Positions 35,366 to 44,921 are shown, counted from the stretch's first letter. The stretch is 64,000 nt of DNA from Thermoanaerobaculales bacterium (GCA_029287235.1 JARFRM010000199.1:484-64483); one strand, 5' to 3'. Notes: generated from the letters alone by a model not told the origin. Numbers and translations are program-made.

Positions 35366-36259
35366 ATGAGAATTGTCATTTCCGGTGCGAGCGGTTTTGT
35401 CGGCGGCGCTCTTGTCGCTCACCTGCGCCAAATGGGCGCTCACGTCACCACCCTGGTGCGCCGTGAACCCGCCGAACCAGAGACCGAAACACGTTGGGAC
35501 CCGGCCGCGGGTGAGCTCCAACCCGGGGTGCTTTCCGGCGCCGATGCGGTCATCAACCTCAACGGTCGGAGCATCAGTCAGGGGCGGTGGACGGCGCAGG
35601 TCAAGAATGAGCTGCGATCGAGTCGTCTCGACGCCACCCGGACCATCGTCGAGGCCATCGGAGGGGCAACCGCCCGACCTCCACTGCTCATCAACGCATC
35701 GGCTACCGGATTCTACGGCGATCGCGGTGACGAGGATCTGACCGAGACGTCAGGACCGGGCTCCGGGTTTCTCGCCGACCTCTCTCACGCTTGGGAATCC
35801 GCCGCGCTCGAGGCCCGATCGGATTCGACCAGGGTGGTTCTTCTCCGCCTCGGCATGGTCCTCGGCAACGGGGCCGCTCTGAAAAAGATGCTGCCACCGT
35901 TCAAGCTCGGACTTGGGGGCCCCATGGGCAACGGCTGCCAGTTCTGGCCGTGGATCGCCATGGACGATGTTCTCGGCGCCATCGACCACTTCCTCGGCCA
36001 CGACGACATCGAAGGGCCGGTCAACCTCGTCGCACCGGAGGCGGTGACAAGCAAGGGCTTCGCCCGTGCGCTCGGAAAACAACTCGGGATCCCGGCCATC
36101 CTTCCGGCACCCGCCTTTGCCGTCAGGCTCGCCCTCGGCGAGATGGCAGACGCGCTGCTGCTGTCTTCGACCAGGGCGACACCGAAGGTCCTCGAGGAAA
36201 CGAACTATCGATTCAGAATGCCGACCTTGGCAGAGACATTCAGCTCGATCTTGGGATAG
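35366..36259 (+). CDS. TIGR01777-family NAD-dependent epimerase/dehydratase (YfcH-like, DUF1731 C-terminus)
   Basis: MRIVISGASGFVGGALVAHL Rossmann start. Start trimmed from the longer ORF. Confidence 0.85.
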   Translation: MRIVISGASGFVGGALVAHLRQMGAHVTTLVRREPAEPETETRWDPAAGELQPGVLSGADAVINLNGRSISQGRWTAQVKNELRSSRLDATRTIVEAIGGATARPPLLINASATGFYGDRGDEDLTETSGPGSGFLADLSHAWESAALEARSDSTRVVLLRLGMVLGNGAALKKMLPPFKLGLGGPMGNGCQFWPWIAMDDVLGAIDHFLGHDDIEGPVNLVAPEAVTSKGFARALGKQLGIPAILPAPAFAVRLALGEMADALLLSSTRATPKVLEETNYRFRMPTLAETFSSILG

Positions 36260-36309
36260 GCGCCACCGGATACGCGATGGGAGGCCGGTGACGCGCTCAG
36301 GTCATGCGG

Positions 36310-37005
36310 TCAGGGCGAAGACGATGGCGCCAGACGGTCACTTTGCACCTTTGCCACCAGCAGGATGCCGATGTTCCACACGTTCCACCAACCCGCGGTG
36401 AGCCAGCTCGGGTGGGAGATGAACAACAGGTAGTTGACGATCCCGACCAACATCATCGCGGTGACGATGTTCCTGCCTTTGAGATTGGGAAGACGGACCT
36501 TCGACACCATGAGCACCGACATCACCAGCACCACGAGCGCGACGGCCTGAACCGACATACTGTCGCGCATGAGCACCGCCGCCATGAGGTAGGAGGCGGC
36601 CGCGGGAATCGGAGCGCCCGTGGTGCGGAACTCCTTGTCGTGGGCATCGCTGGTGAGCACAAAGCGGGTGAGGCGGGTGACCCCGGCGAGCACGTAGACC
36701 AGGCTGACGATCAGACCCCAGAAACCGAGGGGCCTGAGTACCGCCAGGTAGACCAGAAAGGCCGGCGCCACACCAAAAGAGATGGCGTCGGAGAAGCTGT
36801 CCATCTCCTGGCCGAAGTCGCTCGTCGCCCCAAGTAGACGGGCGATGGTGCCGTCGAGCACATCGCAGAGGATGGCCACCACCAGCAGGTAGACGCCGAG
36901 CTCGAACCGCCCGTCGGCCGCCGCCACCATGGCCATGAACCCGGCCGCAATATTGGCGGACGTGACGGCACTCGGAGCCAGAACCCGGTAGCGTTTTTTG
37001 GCCAT
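36310..37005 (-). CDS. pssA: CDP-diacylglycerol--serine O-phosphatidyltransferase (CDP-alcohol phosphatidyltransferase family)
   Basis: DG..AR...G...D...D motif in LDGTIARLLGATSDFGQEMDSFSDAISF. Polytopic. Start at Met MAKKRY. Confidence 0.8.
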   Translation of the reverse strand: MAKKRYRVLAPSAVTSANIAAGFMAMVAAADGRFELGVYLLVVAILCDVLDGTIARLLGATSDFGQEMDSFSDAISFGVAPAFLVYLAVLRPLGFWGLIVSLVYVLAGVTRLTRFVLTSDAHDKEFRTTGAPIPAAASYLMAAVLMRDSMSVQAVALVVLVMSVLMVSKVRLPNLKGRNIVTAMMLVGIVNYLLFISHPSWLTAGWWNVWNIGILLVAKVQSDRLAPSSSP

Positions 37006-37212
37006 GACCCTCCAGTCTTTCACTCGAGAGAATACCACCACAGCCCCCCGCGGTGCCGCACCGAACCGGCAACCGACGGTTGCAGATCGCAGGTTGCAGG
37101 TTTCAATCCTCGGCTCCGAGACCCCAAAACCTCAAGATCGCATGCCCCCACCGCCTCGGAATTGCCACAAACCGGCCGTACCCCGTTCAACACTCGCTCT
37201 CACTATCGAGGT

Positions 37213-37929
37213 ATGGACAAACAAAGCCTTCGGCATGTGGCGATCATCATGGACGGAAACGGCCGCTGGGCCCAGGCCCGAGGCCTCACCCGCCTGGCCG
37301 GCCACCGCCAGGGTGCGGCCGCGGTGCGGAAGATCGTCACCCACTGCCGCGAAGCCGGTCTCCGACATCTGACCCTGTATGCGTTCTCCATCGAGAACTG
37401 GGCTCGACCTGCCTTCGAGGTCAAGGGTCTGATGGAGCTCCTCGCCGAGTTCCTCCTCGAGCAGGAGGAACGCCTCGGAAGGCACCGCATCGAGCTTTCC
37501 GCCATCGGCGATATCAGCCGTCTGCCGGCCCGTGCCCGCGAGCTCCTCGACCGGGTCGTGAACGCGACCCGGAGTCTTGGCGGGATGCGTCTCACTTTGG
37601 CGCTGTCCTACAGCGGCCGGGACGAGATCGTCCGGGCTGCCCGCCGACTGGCGCGAAGGGTCGCCGAAGGAACCCTCCGGCCAAACGACATTGACGAGCA
37701 GATCTTCGAAGACTCCCTCGACGCCCGAGGCACCCCGCCCGCCGACCTCGTCATCCGCACGGGCAGCGAGCGGAGACTCTCCAACTTCCTTCTTTGGCAG
37801 GCGGCCTATGCCGAACTCTACTTCACCGATCAACCGTGGCCGGAATTCTCACCCGAGGACTTCGACCGCGCCGTTGCGTGGTACCACGGGAGGAAGAGAA
37901 CCTTCGGGTTGGTGGAGGCGATGGGTTGA
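37213..37929 (+). CDS. uppS: di-trans,poly-cis-undecaprenyl-diphosphate synthase
   Basis: HVAIIMDGNGRWA, ENWARP, and RTGSERRLSNFLLWQAAYAE motifs. Confidence 0.9.
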   Translation: MDKQSLRHVAIIMDGNGRWAQARGLTRLAGHRQGAAAVRKIVTHCREAGLRHLTLYAFSIENWARPAFEVKGLMELLAEFLLEQEERLGRHRIELSAIGDISRLPARARELLDRVVNATRSLGGMRLTLALSYSGRDEIVRAARRLARRVAEGTLRPNDIDEQIFEDSLDARGTPPADLVIRTGSERRLSNFLLWQAAYAELYFTDQPWPEFSPEDFDRAVAWYHGRKRTFGLVEAMG

Positions 37930-38148
37930 GAGGGCGTGAGGGCGTGGGAATCTGGCCGGCGCCTTTGGAGCCTGGTGCTGAGGGCCTGAGGTCTTGAGGG
38001 CTTGAGATCGCCGATTGCTGCCGCTGAAATCGGTTTCTGGCTCATGACCCTGATCACTGCGGCTGCCCCTGCCGTCCCTCACGCCCTCATCCCCTCAAGC
38101 TCAGGCGCCGCAGGCGCCGGCCACACCCTCAGGTCCCCAGGTCCTCAA
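37928..38148. repeat. nested inverted repeats built from GAGGGCGT / TGAGGNC oligomers
   Basis: GAGGGCGTGAGGG (37930-37942) is perfectly complementary to CCCTCACGCCCTC (38076-38088). Outer TGAGGGCCTGAGGTCTTGAGGG arms are partly complementary to 38094-38148. An internal CCGATT/AATCGG hairpin and a CAGGCGCCG x2 repeat are also present. Confidence 0.6.
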
Positions 38149-38188
38149 CGATATGCGAGAATGGCGGACTATGACGCGGGAGGGAACA

Positions 38189-39400
38189 ATGAACGAGCTG
38201 CTGACCAAGGAAAATCTCGACTATCAGGAGCGGGCGCGTGAGGTGGCGGAAAAGTACGTCCGTCCGGTCGCAGCGGAGCTCGACCGCACCGGAGAGTACG
38301 GCTGGGAGATCCTCGAGGCACTCAAGTCCTACGGCCTCACCGGGGTCTGGATCCCCAAGGAGTACGGCGGCCAGGACGCCGGCGTCCTCAATCTCTGTCT
38401 CATCGTCGAGCAGCTCTCCCGCGCCTGCGGCGGCGTCGGCGTCGCTTTCGCGGTCAACGCTCTCGGCTCCTTCCCCATCATCCTCGGCGGTACCGAGGAG
38501 CAGAAACAGAAGTACCTGCCGCCCATCGCCGCGGGTGAACACCTGATCGCCTTCGGCCTATCCGAAAAGGCGTCCGGGTCCGATGCCGGCAGTCTGCGGA
38601 CCACCGGCATCAAAGACGGCGACGACTACGTCATCAACGGCCAGAAGAAGTGGAACACCAATGGCGGCGTGGCCTCGACCTTCACCGTCTACGCCCTGAC
38701 CGATCCCGATCGCGGGATGCGAGGCATCTCGGCCTTCATCGTCGAGAAGGACACCCCGGGCTTTACCGTCGGCAAGCGTGAAGACACCATGGGCATCCGC
38801 ACGGTCCCGGTCAACGAGCTCGAGTTCGACGACTGTCGCGTCCCCGCCTCGCAGCTTCTCGGCCACAAGGAGAACGTCGGGTTCAAAAACGCCATGATGA
38901 CCCTTGACCGGGCGCGCCCCGGGGTCGCCGCCCAGGCTCTCGGGCTCGCCCAGGGCGCCCTCGAGTGGGCCCTGCGCTACACCTCGGAACGTCGCCAGTT
39001 CGGCCAGACCGTGATGTCCCACCAGGCGATCCAGTTCATGCTCGCCGACATGGCGACCCAGGTCGAGGCCGCCCGTCAGCTCGTCTACCACTCGGCGCGG
39101 GTCATCGACTCCGGTGCCAAGAACGTCAACAAGATCGCGGCCATGGGCAAGGTCTTCGCCACCGATACCGCCATGACGGTCACCACCGATGCGGTCCAGC
39201 TCTTCGGCGGCTATGGATTCTGCAGGGACTACCCCATCGAGAAGTACATGCGCGACGCCAAGATCACCCAGATCTACGAGGGCACCAATCAGGTCCAACG
39301 TCTCGTCATCGGTCGCGCACTCACCCGCGAGCTCAAGGAGCTCACCGATCACCTCGATGTGGTGGTGGAGCACTTTCCGGAGAGCGAGGGGAACGACTGA
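38189..39400 (+). CDS. acyl-CoA dehydrogenase
   Basis: GLSEKASGSDAGSL, KKWNTNG, and YEGTNQVQRLVIGRAL motifs. GGGAGGG lies 4 nt before ATG 38189. Confidence 0.9.
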   Translation: MNELLTKENLDYQERAREVAEKYVRPVAAELDRTGEYGWEILEALKSYGLTGVWIPKEYGGQDAGVLNLCLIVEQLSRACGGVGVAFAVNALGSFPIILGGTEEQKQKYLPPIAAGEHLIAFGLSEKASGSDAGSLRTTGIKDGDDYVINGQKKWNTNGGVASTFTVYALTDPDRGMRGISAFIVEKDTPGFTVGKREDTMGIRTVPVNELEFDDCRVPASQLLGHKENVGFKNAMMTLDRARPGVAAQALGLAQGALEWALRYTSERRQFGQTVMSHQAIQFMLADMATQVEAARQLVYHSARVIDSGAKNVNKIAAMGKVFATDTAMTVTTDAVQLFGGYGFCRDYPIEKYMRDAKITQIYEGTNQVQRLVIGRALTRELKELTDHLDVVVEHFPESEGND

Positions 39401-39477
39401 CCAGCCTTGAAAGCGCGATGGGAGCGTTGCCATGGGAGGGGGTGCCAGGCACCCGTTCCGCGTCTACCGGATCGGGA

Positions 39478-40452
39478 TCATTTCCGGAGCAACAACCAGA
39501 GGAAGAACGGCGCGCCCAGAAACGCTGTGATCACCCCGACCGGGAGCTCGGCGGGGGCGATGATGGTCCTGGCCGCGACATCGCAGAGGACGAGGAAGGC
39601 GCCGCCGAAGACCGCCGACATCGGCAGCAGCAGGCGGTGACCGGACCCGAGCAGCAAGCGGCAGATGTGAGGCGACATCATCCCGACAAATCCGACGGGA
39701 CCGCACGCCGCCACCACTCCGCCCACCATCACCGACGTGGCAATGAAGAGCGTGGTCCGCGTTCTCGCCACGGCCACACCACGGCTCGACGCCAGTTCTG
39801 ATCCGGTGGCGAGCAGATCGAGCTCGCGCCCGAAACCGAAGATGACCAGCATCCCCACCAGGACGAACGGCGCCATCTGGATGACCGACGAGGCGTCGAC
39901 GCCTCCGAGACCGCCCATGAGCCAGCGCAGGACCCGATAGGCGTCGGCAAACGAGGCCGTGTATTGGAGAAAGAGGATCAGGCTCGAGAAGAAGAAGTTG
40001 AGCGAGACCCCAGCGAGCAGGAGGGTCGAGGTCGCGGCATCGGGCCGCAGCTTGGTGACCACCCACACCACCGCCACCGCAAGCAGGGCGCCAGCCAACG
40101 CCGACCAGGACTGAAGGCCAAGCCCGAGGATGACCACACCGATCCCGATCCGCGCCACGATCGCAACGCCGAAGGACGCTCCCGCCGCCACACCGAGGAT
40201 GTATGGGGTCGCCAGCGGATTTCGGAAGATGGCCTGGAAAACCGCACCACCCACCGCAAGACCGGCACCGCCGAGGAATGCCGCCACAACCCGCGGCACG
40301 CGTACCTGCCACAGGATCCGCGAGCTCGGATCGGAGCCGAACGGATCCGCTATCGCGGCGAGGGGCAAGGACACCGGACCGATCAGCGGCGCGGTCATCA
40401 GGACCACCACCGCACCGGCGAGCAACAGGGCGATTCCGACGCCACGACTCAT
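39478..40452 (-). CDS. FecCD/BtuC-family ABC importer permease
   Basis: Polytopic, with a typical FecCD C-terminal block GVITAFLGAPFFLWLL. ATG overlaps the upstream ATPase stop (ATGA). Confidence 0.88.
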   Translation of the reverse strand: MSRGVGIALLLAGAVVVLMTAPLIGPVSLPLAAIADPFGSDPSSRILWQVRVPRVVAAFLGGAGLAVGGAVFQAIFRNPLATPYILGVAAGASFGVAIVARIGIGVVILGLGLQSWSALAGALLAVAVVWVVTKLRPDAATSTLLLAGVSLNFFFSSLILFLQYTASFADAYRVLRWLMGGLGGVDASSVIQMAPFVLVGMLVIFGFGRELDLLATGSELASSRGVAVARTRTTLFIATSVMVGGVVAACGPVGFVGMMSPHICRLLLGSGHRLLLPMSAVFGGAFLVLCDVAARTIIAPAELPVGVITAFLGAPFFLWLLLRK

Positions 40453-41252
40453 GACCCGTTCCTTGCCGGCATTACCAGGGGCAAACCGTGTCTTCCGCCC
40501 GCCACCAGGACGAATTCGTTGCCGAAGACCCGGGACAGAATCGCAGCATCGAAGAGCTCTTCCGGCGGACCCGAGAACTCGACACGGCCGTCCACCAGAC
40601 CGAGGACCGTATCGGCATCGGCCACGAGTCCGTTGAGATCGTGGGTCACGGCGACAACCGTGTAGCCGACCTCGCAGTGGAGCCGATTGAGAAGATCCAG
40701 AACCTGGACCTGGTGCCGGTAATCGAGGAAGCTGGTTGGTTCGTCGAGGAGCAGGATGGTCCCACCTTGGGCGAGGGCCGCCGCGATCCACACCCGTTGC
40801 CGCTCTCCCCCCGATAGAGTCGTCATGAATCGCGCCGCCAGATGATCGGTCTCGGTCAACTCGAGCGCCTCGTCCACCGCCCGCCGATCGCCGGCGGTGA
40901 GCGCGGACCAGGCGGCCAGGTGAGGATACCGCCCCATCTCGACGAAGGCCCTCACGGTGTAGCCATCGGCGGCCACATCGGTTTGGGGGACGAAGCTGAT
41001 GACCTGCGCCAGCTCCCGTCTCCGATAGCCGCTCACCGGCCGGCCGTCGACCTCGACCTCGCCCCCGTGCGACAACTGGAGTCCGTCAAGGGATCGCAGG
41101 AGGGTCGATTTGCCGGCCCCATTCGGTCCGATGACGGCCAGGAGCTCGCCCGCACCAACCTCGAGGTCGACCCCGTTGAGAACATCGGTCTCACCGAGGC
41201 GAACCCTGAGGTCGCGGGTCTCGAGCCGCGGTCGATCTCCCGTCACCGCCAC
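40449..41252 (-). CDS. ABC importer ATP-binding protein (FepC/BtuD-like)
   Basis: GPNGAGKSTLL Walker A, LSGGERQRV signature, and LLLDEPTSFLD Walker B. GTG start overlaps the binding-protein stop. Confidence 0.88.
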   Translation of the reverse strand: MAVTGDRPRLETRDLRVRLGETDVLNGVDLEVGAGELLAVIGPNGAGKSTLLRSLDGLQLSHGGEVEVDGRPVSGYRRRELAQVISFVPQTDVAADGYTVRAFVEMGRYPHLAAWSALTAGDRRAVDEALELTETDHLAARFMTTLSGGERQRVWIAAALAQGGTILLLDEPTSFLDYRHQVQVLDLLNRLHCEVGYTVVAVTHDLNGLVADADTVLGLVDGRVEFSGPPEELFDAAILSRVFGNEFVLVAGGRHGLPLVMPARNGS

Positions 41253-42133
41253 TGCAGCTCCGGGTGGAGGTGTTCGGCGAAGGTCCGGACAGTGTCGATG
41301 ATCCGAGGTCCGGGGATGACAACGAAATCGTCCATGAGCACGTGCAGCCGACCGTCCCGCACCGCGCGCAGATCGCCGAGTTCGAGCCAGTCGGCGGCGG
41401 CCTTTTCGACGCTGACTTCTCGTACACCTCCATCGGCCACCACATCGAGAATCACATCGGGATCCACCGCGATGAGTCCTTCGCGGGAGAACTCCGGATA
41501 TCGGATCGACGTGCTTGAAACCGCGTTGACGCCCCCCGCGAGACGGATCACATCGTCGTAGAAGGTGTCGTTTGCGGCGGCCCACGAGGTGCCGACCCGG
41601 CCGCCGCCCGGCTCGCGTCCCACGACTACGAGCACCCGCGGCCGATCGAGGCCCTCTACGGCCGCTTCGACTTCATCAAGGGCCGCTCGAAGCTCATCGA
41701 CCAGGTCGCGACCACGCAGTGCGACCCCACACCGCAACGCGATATCGCGAACCGAAGTCAGAATCCCCTCGACATCGTGTTGATCCACCCTCAAGGTGTC
41801 GAGACCGAGATCCTCGAGTCGCCGGTGAAGCTCATCGTGCGACTGCATCACGATCACCAGATCCGGATCGAGGGAGAGGATGGTCTCGTAGCTCGGATCG
41901 AAGTAGCCGCCCACGACCACCGCACCGTCAACGCGCGGACAGTATCTGGTCACACCCACAACGTGGTCTCCGATGTCGAGGGCGAGGAGGGTCTCGGTGA
42001 GACTCGGGGCCATGGAGACGATCCTCCTCGGGACCGGAACCGGCTCCGGACCGACACGTTTTCCACAGGCCGATGTCGTTGCCATCAGGCCGGCGAAGAT
42101 CAGAAGCGAAAGGAATCTGTGGTATCTCGACAT
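41243..42133 (-). CDS. periplasmic cobalamin/siderophore-type substrate-binding lipoprotein (BtuF/TroA-like)
   Basis: Lipobox TSACG. RIVSMAPSLTETLLALDIGDHVVGVT block. Start at Met 42133, just downstream of the riboswitch terminator. Confidence 0.85.
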   Translation of the reverse strand: MSRYHRFLSLLIFAGLMATTSACGKRVGPEPVPVPRRIVSMAPSLTETLLALDIGDHVVGVTRYCPRVDGAVVVGGYFDPSYETILSLDPDLVIVMQSHDELHRRLEDLGLDTLRVDQHDVEGILTSVRDIALRCGVALRGRDLVDELRAALDEVEAAVEGLDRPRVLVVVGREPGGGRVGTSWAAANDTFYDDVIRLAGGVNAVSSTSIRYPEFSREGLIAVDPDVILDVVADGGVREVSVEKAAADWLELGDLRAVRDGRLHVLMDDFVVIPGPRIIDTVRTFAEHLHPELQWR

Positions 42134-42144
42134 GGCACCAACAC

Positions 42145-42172
42145 AAAAAACCGGAGGCCGCCAAGCCTCCGG
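42145..42172 (-). terminator. intrinsic terminator (riboswitch expression platform)
   Basis: Minus strand reads CCGGAGGC-TTGGCG-GCCTCCGG followed by TTTTTTG, 11 nt before the ATG. Confidence 0.75.
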
Positions 42173-42231
42173 GATGCCGTTTTCCATCCGGATTCTTCGA
42201 CTCGGACCCCAATCCTCGAGGGTCTTTGCAC

Positions 42232-42380
42232 ACCGAGCTGCGGGTCTTCTGACTCCCGGATCGTCCTATCTACCGGCCCTTCCCACAACCATCCGGTTGC
42301 AGTGGATCTGCCGATCTTCGTCCCCGGTCACAGCGGCGGGTCCGCGACGGATTCGCACCGTCTTCCCCCAACGCTCGGTC
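42232..42380 (-). promoter_or_regulatory. cobalamin (B12) riboswitch aptamer
   Basis: Minus strand reads GGGGAAGACGGTGCGAATCCGTCGCGGACCCGCCGCTGTGACCGGGGACGAA...ATCCACTGCAACCGG...GGGAAGGGCCGG...CGGGAGTCAGAAGACCCGC. This contains the GGGAA..GGTG.GAA.CC core, a GCCACTG-like B12 box and the AGTCAGAAGACC 3' element. The P1 stem ACCGAGC/GCTCGGT closes the aptamer. Confidence 0.85.
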
Positions 42381-42432
42381 GTACGAGTCTACGCGGGCTC
42401 GACGGCGCTGTCGAGCGATCGAGTCATCGCCT

Positions 42433-42996
42433 TCATCGAACCGCCACCATCGGCACCCACAGAACTCTGCCGGTCCACTGGCCTTCGACGATCCTTGCCC
42501 GTGCGGTTCCGTCACGATCTACGAGCTCGATGACCTTGATTCTTGTTCCCGAATCAACATCGATGATTCGCCCCTGATCCTTCAGGAGGGCCAACGAACG
42601 CGGATCGGCGTCCTCCAGAGCATTGACGACGAAGACCGCGGTCTCCTGGTCCATGGCTGCCGGCACGCGATCCCTGCCGTCCATAGTGAGCTCCGCGAAC
42701 TGACCGGCGGAGCGGCTGGGCCTGAAGAGCTTTGCGAGGAATCCATCGGGATCGGACTGGCTGAGCACCAGCATCGCGAGCACCAGTAAAGTGACACCGC
42801 CGATGATCGGCAGCCACGGAACCGAGCGCTCTTGCTTCGGGACCATCTCATCGATGATGTCGTCGATGTCGGCCAATGTCGGATCGGCAAGGAACTCGGT
42901 GCCGCAGGCCGTGCATCGCAGCGTTCGACCCACATAACGATCGTGAATCTTCATCTTGGCGTCGCAAGCCGCGCATGTGTGGGTGTAGCCCTGCAT
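42433..42996 (-). CDS. hypothetical zinc-ribbon membrane protein
   Basis: N-terminal CAACDAKMKIH...LRCTACGTEF (CxxC...CxxC), one TM helix, and a C-terminal beta-rich domain. No family recognised. Confidence 0.5.
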   Translation of the reverse strand: MQGYTHTCAACDAKMKIHDRYVGRTLRCTACGTEFLADPTLADIDDIIDEMVPKQERSVPWLPIIGGVTLLVLAMLVLSQSDPDGFLAKLFRPSRSAGQFAELTMDGRDRVPAAMDQETAVFVVNALEDADPRSLALLKDQGRIIDVDSGTRIKVIELVDRDGTARARIVEGQWTGRVLWVPMVAVR

Positions 42997-43051
42997 ACTC
43001 CCGATATCCAGTGATCGAGGTTAACTCATCGGCCGCTGGAGCGTCGGTGAT

Positions 43052-44740
43052 CTATCTCGCGCGATACCTCACCTTTCCGCCGACCACGGTGTACAGGACC
43101 TCCGCTTCGAGGATCTCTTCAATGGGAATCGTCAGAATATCGCGCGAAAACACCGTCACGTCGGCCAACTTGCCGACCTCGAGGGAACCCTTGATGTCCT
43201 CCTCGAAGGCGGCGTAGGCGGCACCGAGCGTGCGCGCATTCAGCGCCTCCATCCGGGTCATGACCTGGTTCGGATAGAACGCCTCCCCATCGGCCATCCG
43301 GCGCGTCACCGCGGCGTGGAAGGATGGGAGCGGATCGACGGGCTCCACCGGTACATCGGTGCCGCTGGCGATGACCGCACCCGCTTCGAAGAGATCCCGC
43401 CAGACATAGGCGCCGGTCCTGGAACGCTCCTCGCCGAGCCGTTCCGGGACCCACGGCCCATCAGAGGTGCAGTGGATGGGCTGCATGGCCGCCACCACAC
43501 CGATCTCGGCGAACCGCGCGATGTCGTCCGGGTGGAGATGCTGGGCGTGCTCGACCCGCCACCGCAGATCACGGGGCTCCGGCACGGTCTCGTACGCCTC
43601 TTCATAGACATCGAGGGTCGTTCTATTCGCCCGATCTCCGATGGCGTGCGAACAGAGCTGGAGACGGTGTTCGAGCGCGAGACGCGCCGACTCCCGCAGT
43701 TCGTCCGGCGTTACGATGTTCAGCCCCGTGCTGGTCGGAAGATCGGTGTAGGGCTCGAGCAGCCATGCGCCGTGTGAACCCAGGGCGCCGTCGATCCAGC
43801 GCTTGATCCCACCCACCGTCAGGTAGTCATCTCCGGCCCGGTAGACCTCATAGCCCGGCAGACCCGCCGCCAGGCTCTCGTTGTCCTCGCTGAGCATCAC
43901 CCAAAGCCTCAGATCGAGCTCCTCGTTCTCGGCCATAGACCGCAACAGCTCGACCAACGCAAAGCTCGATCCGGCGTCCTGGAAGGACGTGATGCCCTTG
44001 GCCAGACACTCCCGGCTCGCGAGCTCGATGACCTTTCGAAGGGTGGCCTCGTCCGGCTCGGTGTCGAGATGAGACCCCACCAGGTCTTCCGCGGTCTCGC
44101 GCAGCACCCCGATGGCCCTGCCCTCGGCATCGCGGACGATTTCGCCTCCCGCCGGGTCGGGGGTGTCGTCGCCGATGCCGGCGAGCTCCAACGCCACCGC
44201 GTTGACCATGGAGGCGTGGCCGCTGGCGTGGACGAGAACGACCGGGTTGGCCGGAGACACCTCGCTCAGAGACCGGTGATACGGCAGCCCCGAGACGTTG
44301 GGTTCGGGGGTCGAGCTCCACTTCTCCTGATGCCAGCCGCGGCCCAGGATCCACTCGCCCGGCCCGGCCTCGACCACCGCGGCAGCCACCATTTCCACGA
44401 TCTCCTCGAAATTCTCGACCCTCGTCAGATCGAGGATCATCCGTGAACGTCCGAGACCGGTGAAGTGGCCGTGGCCCTCGATGAATCCAGGCACCGCAAG
44501 GGCGCCGTCAAGCTCCACGATCTCGGTGTTGTCACCGATCAGCCGCGCGATCTCGGCGGAGCCGCCCACCGCCACCACCTTCTGACCACGAGCGGCGATG
44601 GCCTCGGCCTCGGGCCGATCAGGATCCATGGTCACGATGCGCCCACCGGTGATCACCAGGTCCGCCGGTTCGGGCACACCGCCGCAGGCGGTCAGACAGA
44701 GAATCGGGACGAGAGCAGCGAGAAGGGTTGTTGATTTCAT
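43052..44740 (-). CDS. amidohydrolase-family metal-dependent hydrolase (Amidohydro_3 / YtcJ-like) lipoprotein
   Basis: Lipobox LCLTACGG. GFIEGHGHF metal motif. VHASGHA, HAIGDRA and GTDVPVEP blocks. Confidence 0.85.
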   Translation of the reverse strand: MKSTTLLAALVPILCLTACGGVPEPADLVITGGRIVTMDPDRPEAEAIAARGQKVVAVGGSAEIARLIGDNTEIVELDGALAVPGFIEGHGHFTGLGRSRMILDLTRVENFEEIVEMVAAAVVEAGPGEWILGRGWHQEKWSSTPEPNVSGLPYHRSLSEVSPANPVVLVHASGHASMVNAVALELAGIGDDTPDPAGGEIVRDAEGRAIGVLRETAEDLVGSHLDTEPDEATLRKVIELASRECLAKGITSFQDAGSSFALVELLRSMAENEELDLRLWVMLSEDNESLAAGLPGYEVYRAGDDYLTVGGIKRWIDGALGSHGAWLLEPYTDLPTSTGLNIVTPDELRESARLALEHRLQLCSHAIGDRANRTTLDVYEEAYETVPEPRDLRWRVEHAQHLHPDDIARFAEIGVVAAMQPIHCTSDGPWVPERLGEERSRTGAYVWRDLFEAGAVIASGTDVPVEPVDPLPSFHAAVTRRMADGEAFYPNQVMTRMEALNARTLGAAYAAFEEDIKGSLEVGKLADVTVFSRDILTIPIEEILEAEVLYTVVGGKVRYRAR

Positions 44741-44800
44741 GGTTCCGTACTCTAGCGTACCCCGCGACAATTGGAGGCGGTATTCGATCACCGATGCATC

Positions 44801-44870
44801 CCTCCTGCCCGCGCTTCGCGAAATCAGCGTACGAAACGGTACGCCTCATTCGCGAAGCGCGGGCAGGAGG
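44801..44870. repeat. perfect 22-bp inverted repeat with nested hairpin in the loop
   Basis: CCTCCTGCCCGCGCTTCGCGAA (44801-44822) and TTCGCGAAGCGCGGGCAGGAGG (44849-44870). The loop contains GCGTAC-GAAACG-GTACGC. Verified by hand. Confidence 0.85.
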
Positions 44871-44921
44871 TCGCCTCGGCACTCTCGATACCTCACCCCA
44901 ATTATGGCGGGGTACACTACC

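Noticed and set aside
42134-42187. Longer start (Met 42187) for the substrate-binding protein.
   Set aside because: It would translate through the riboswitch terminator stem and T-tract. Met 42133 immediately precedes a normal lipoprotein signal peptide.
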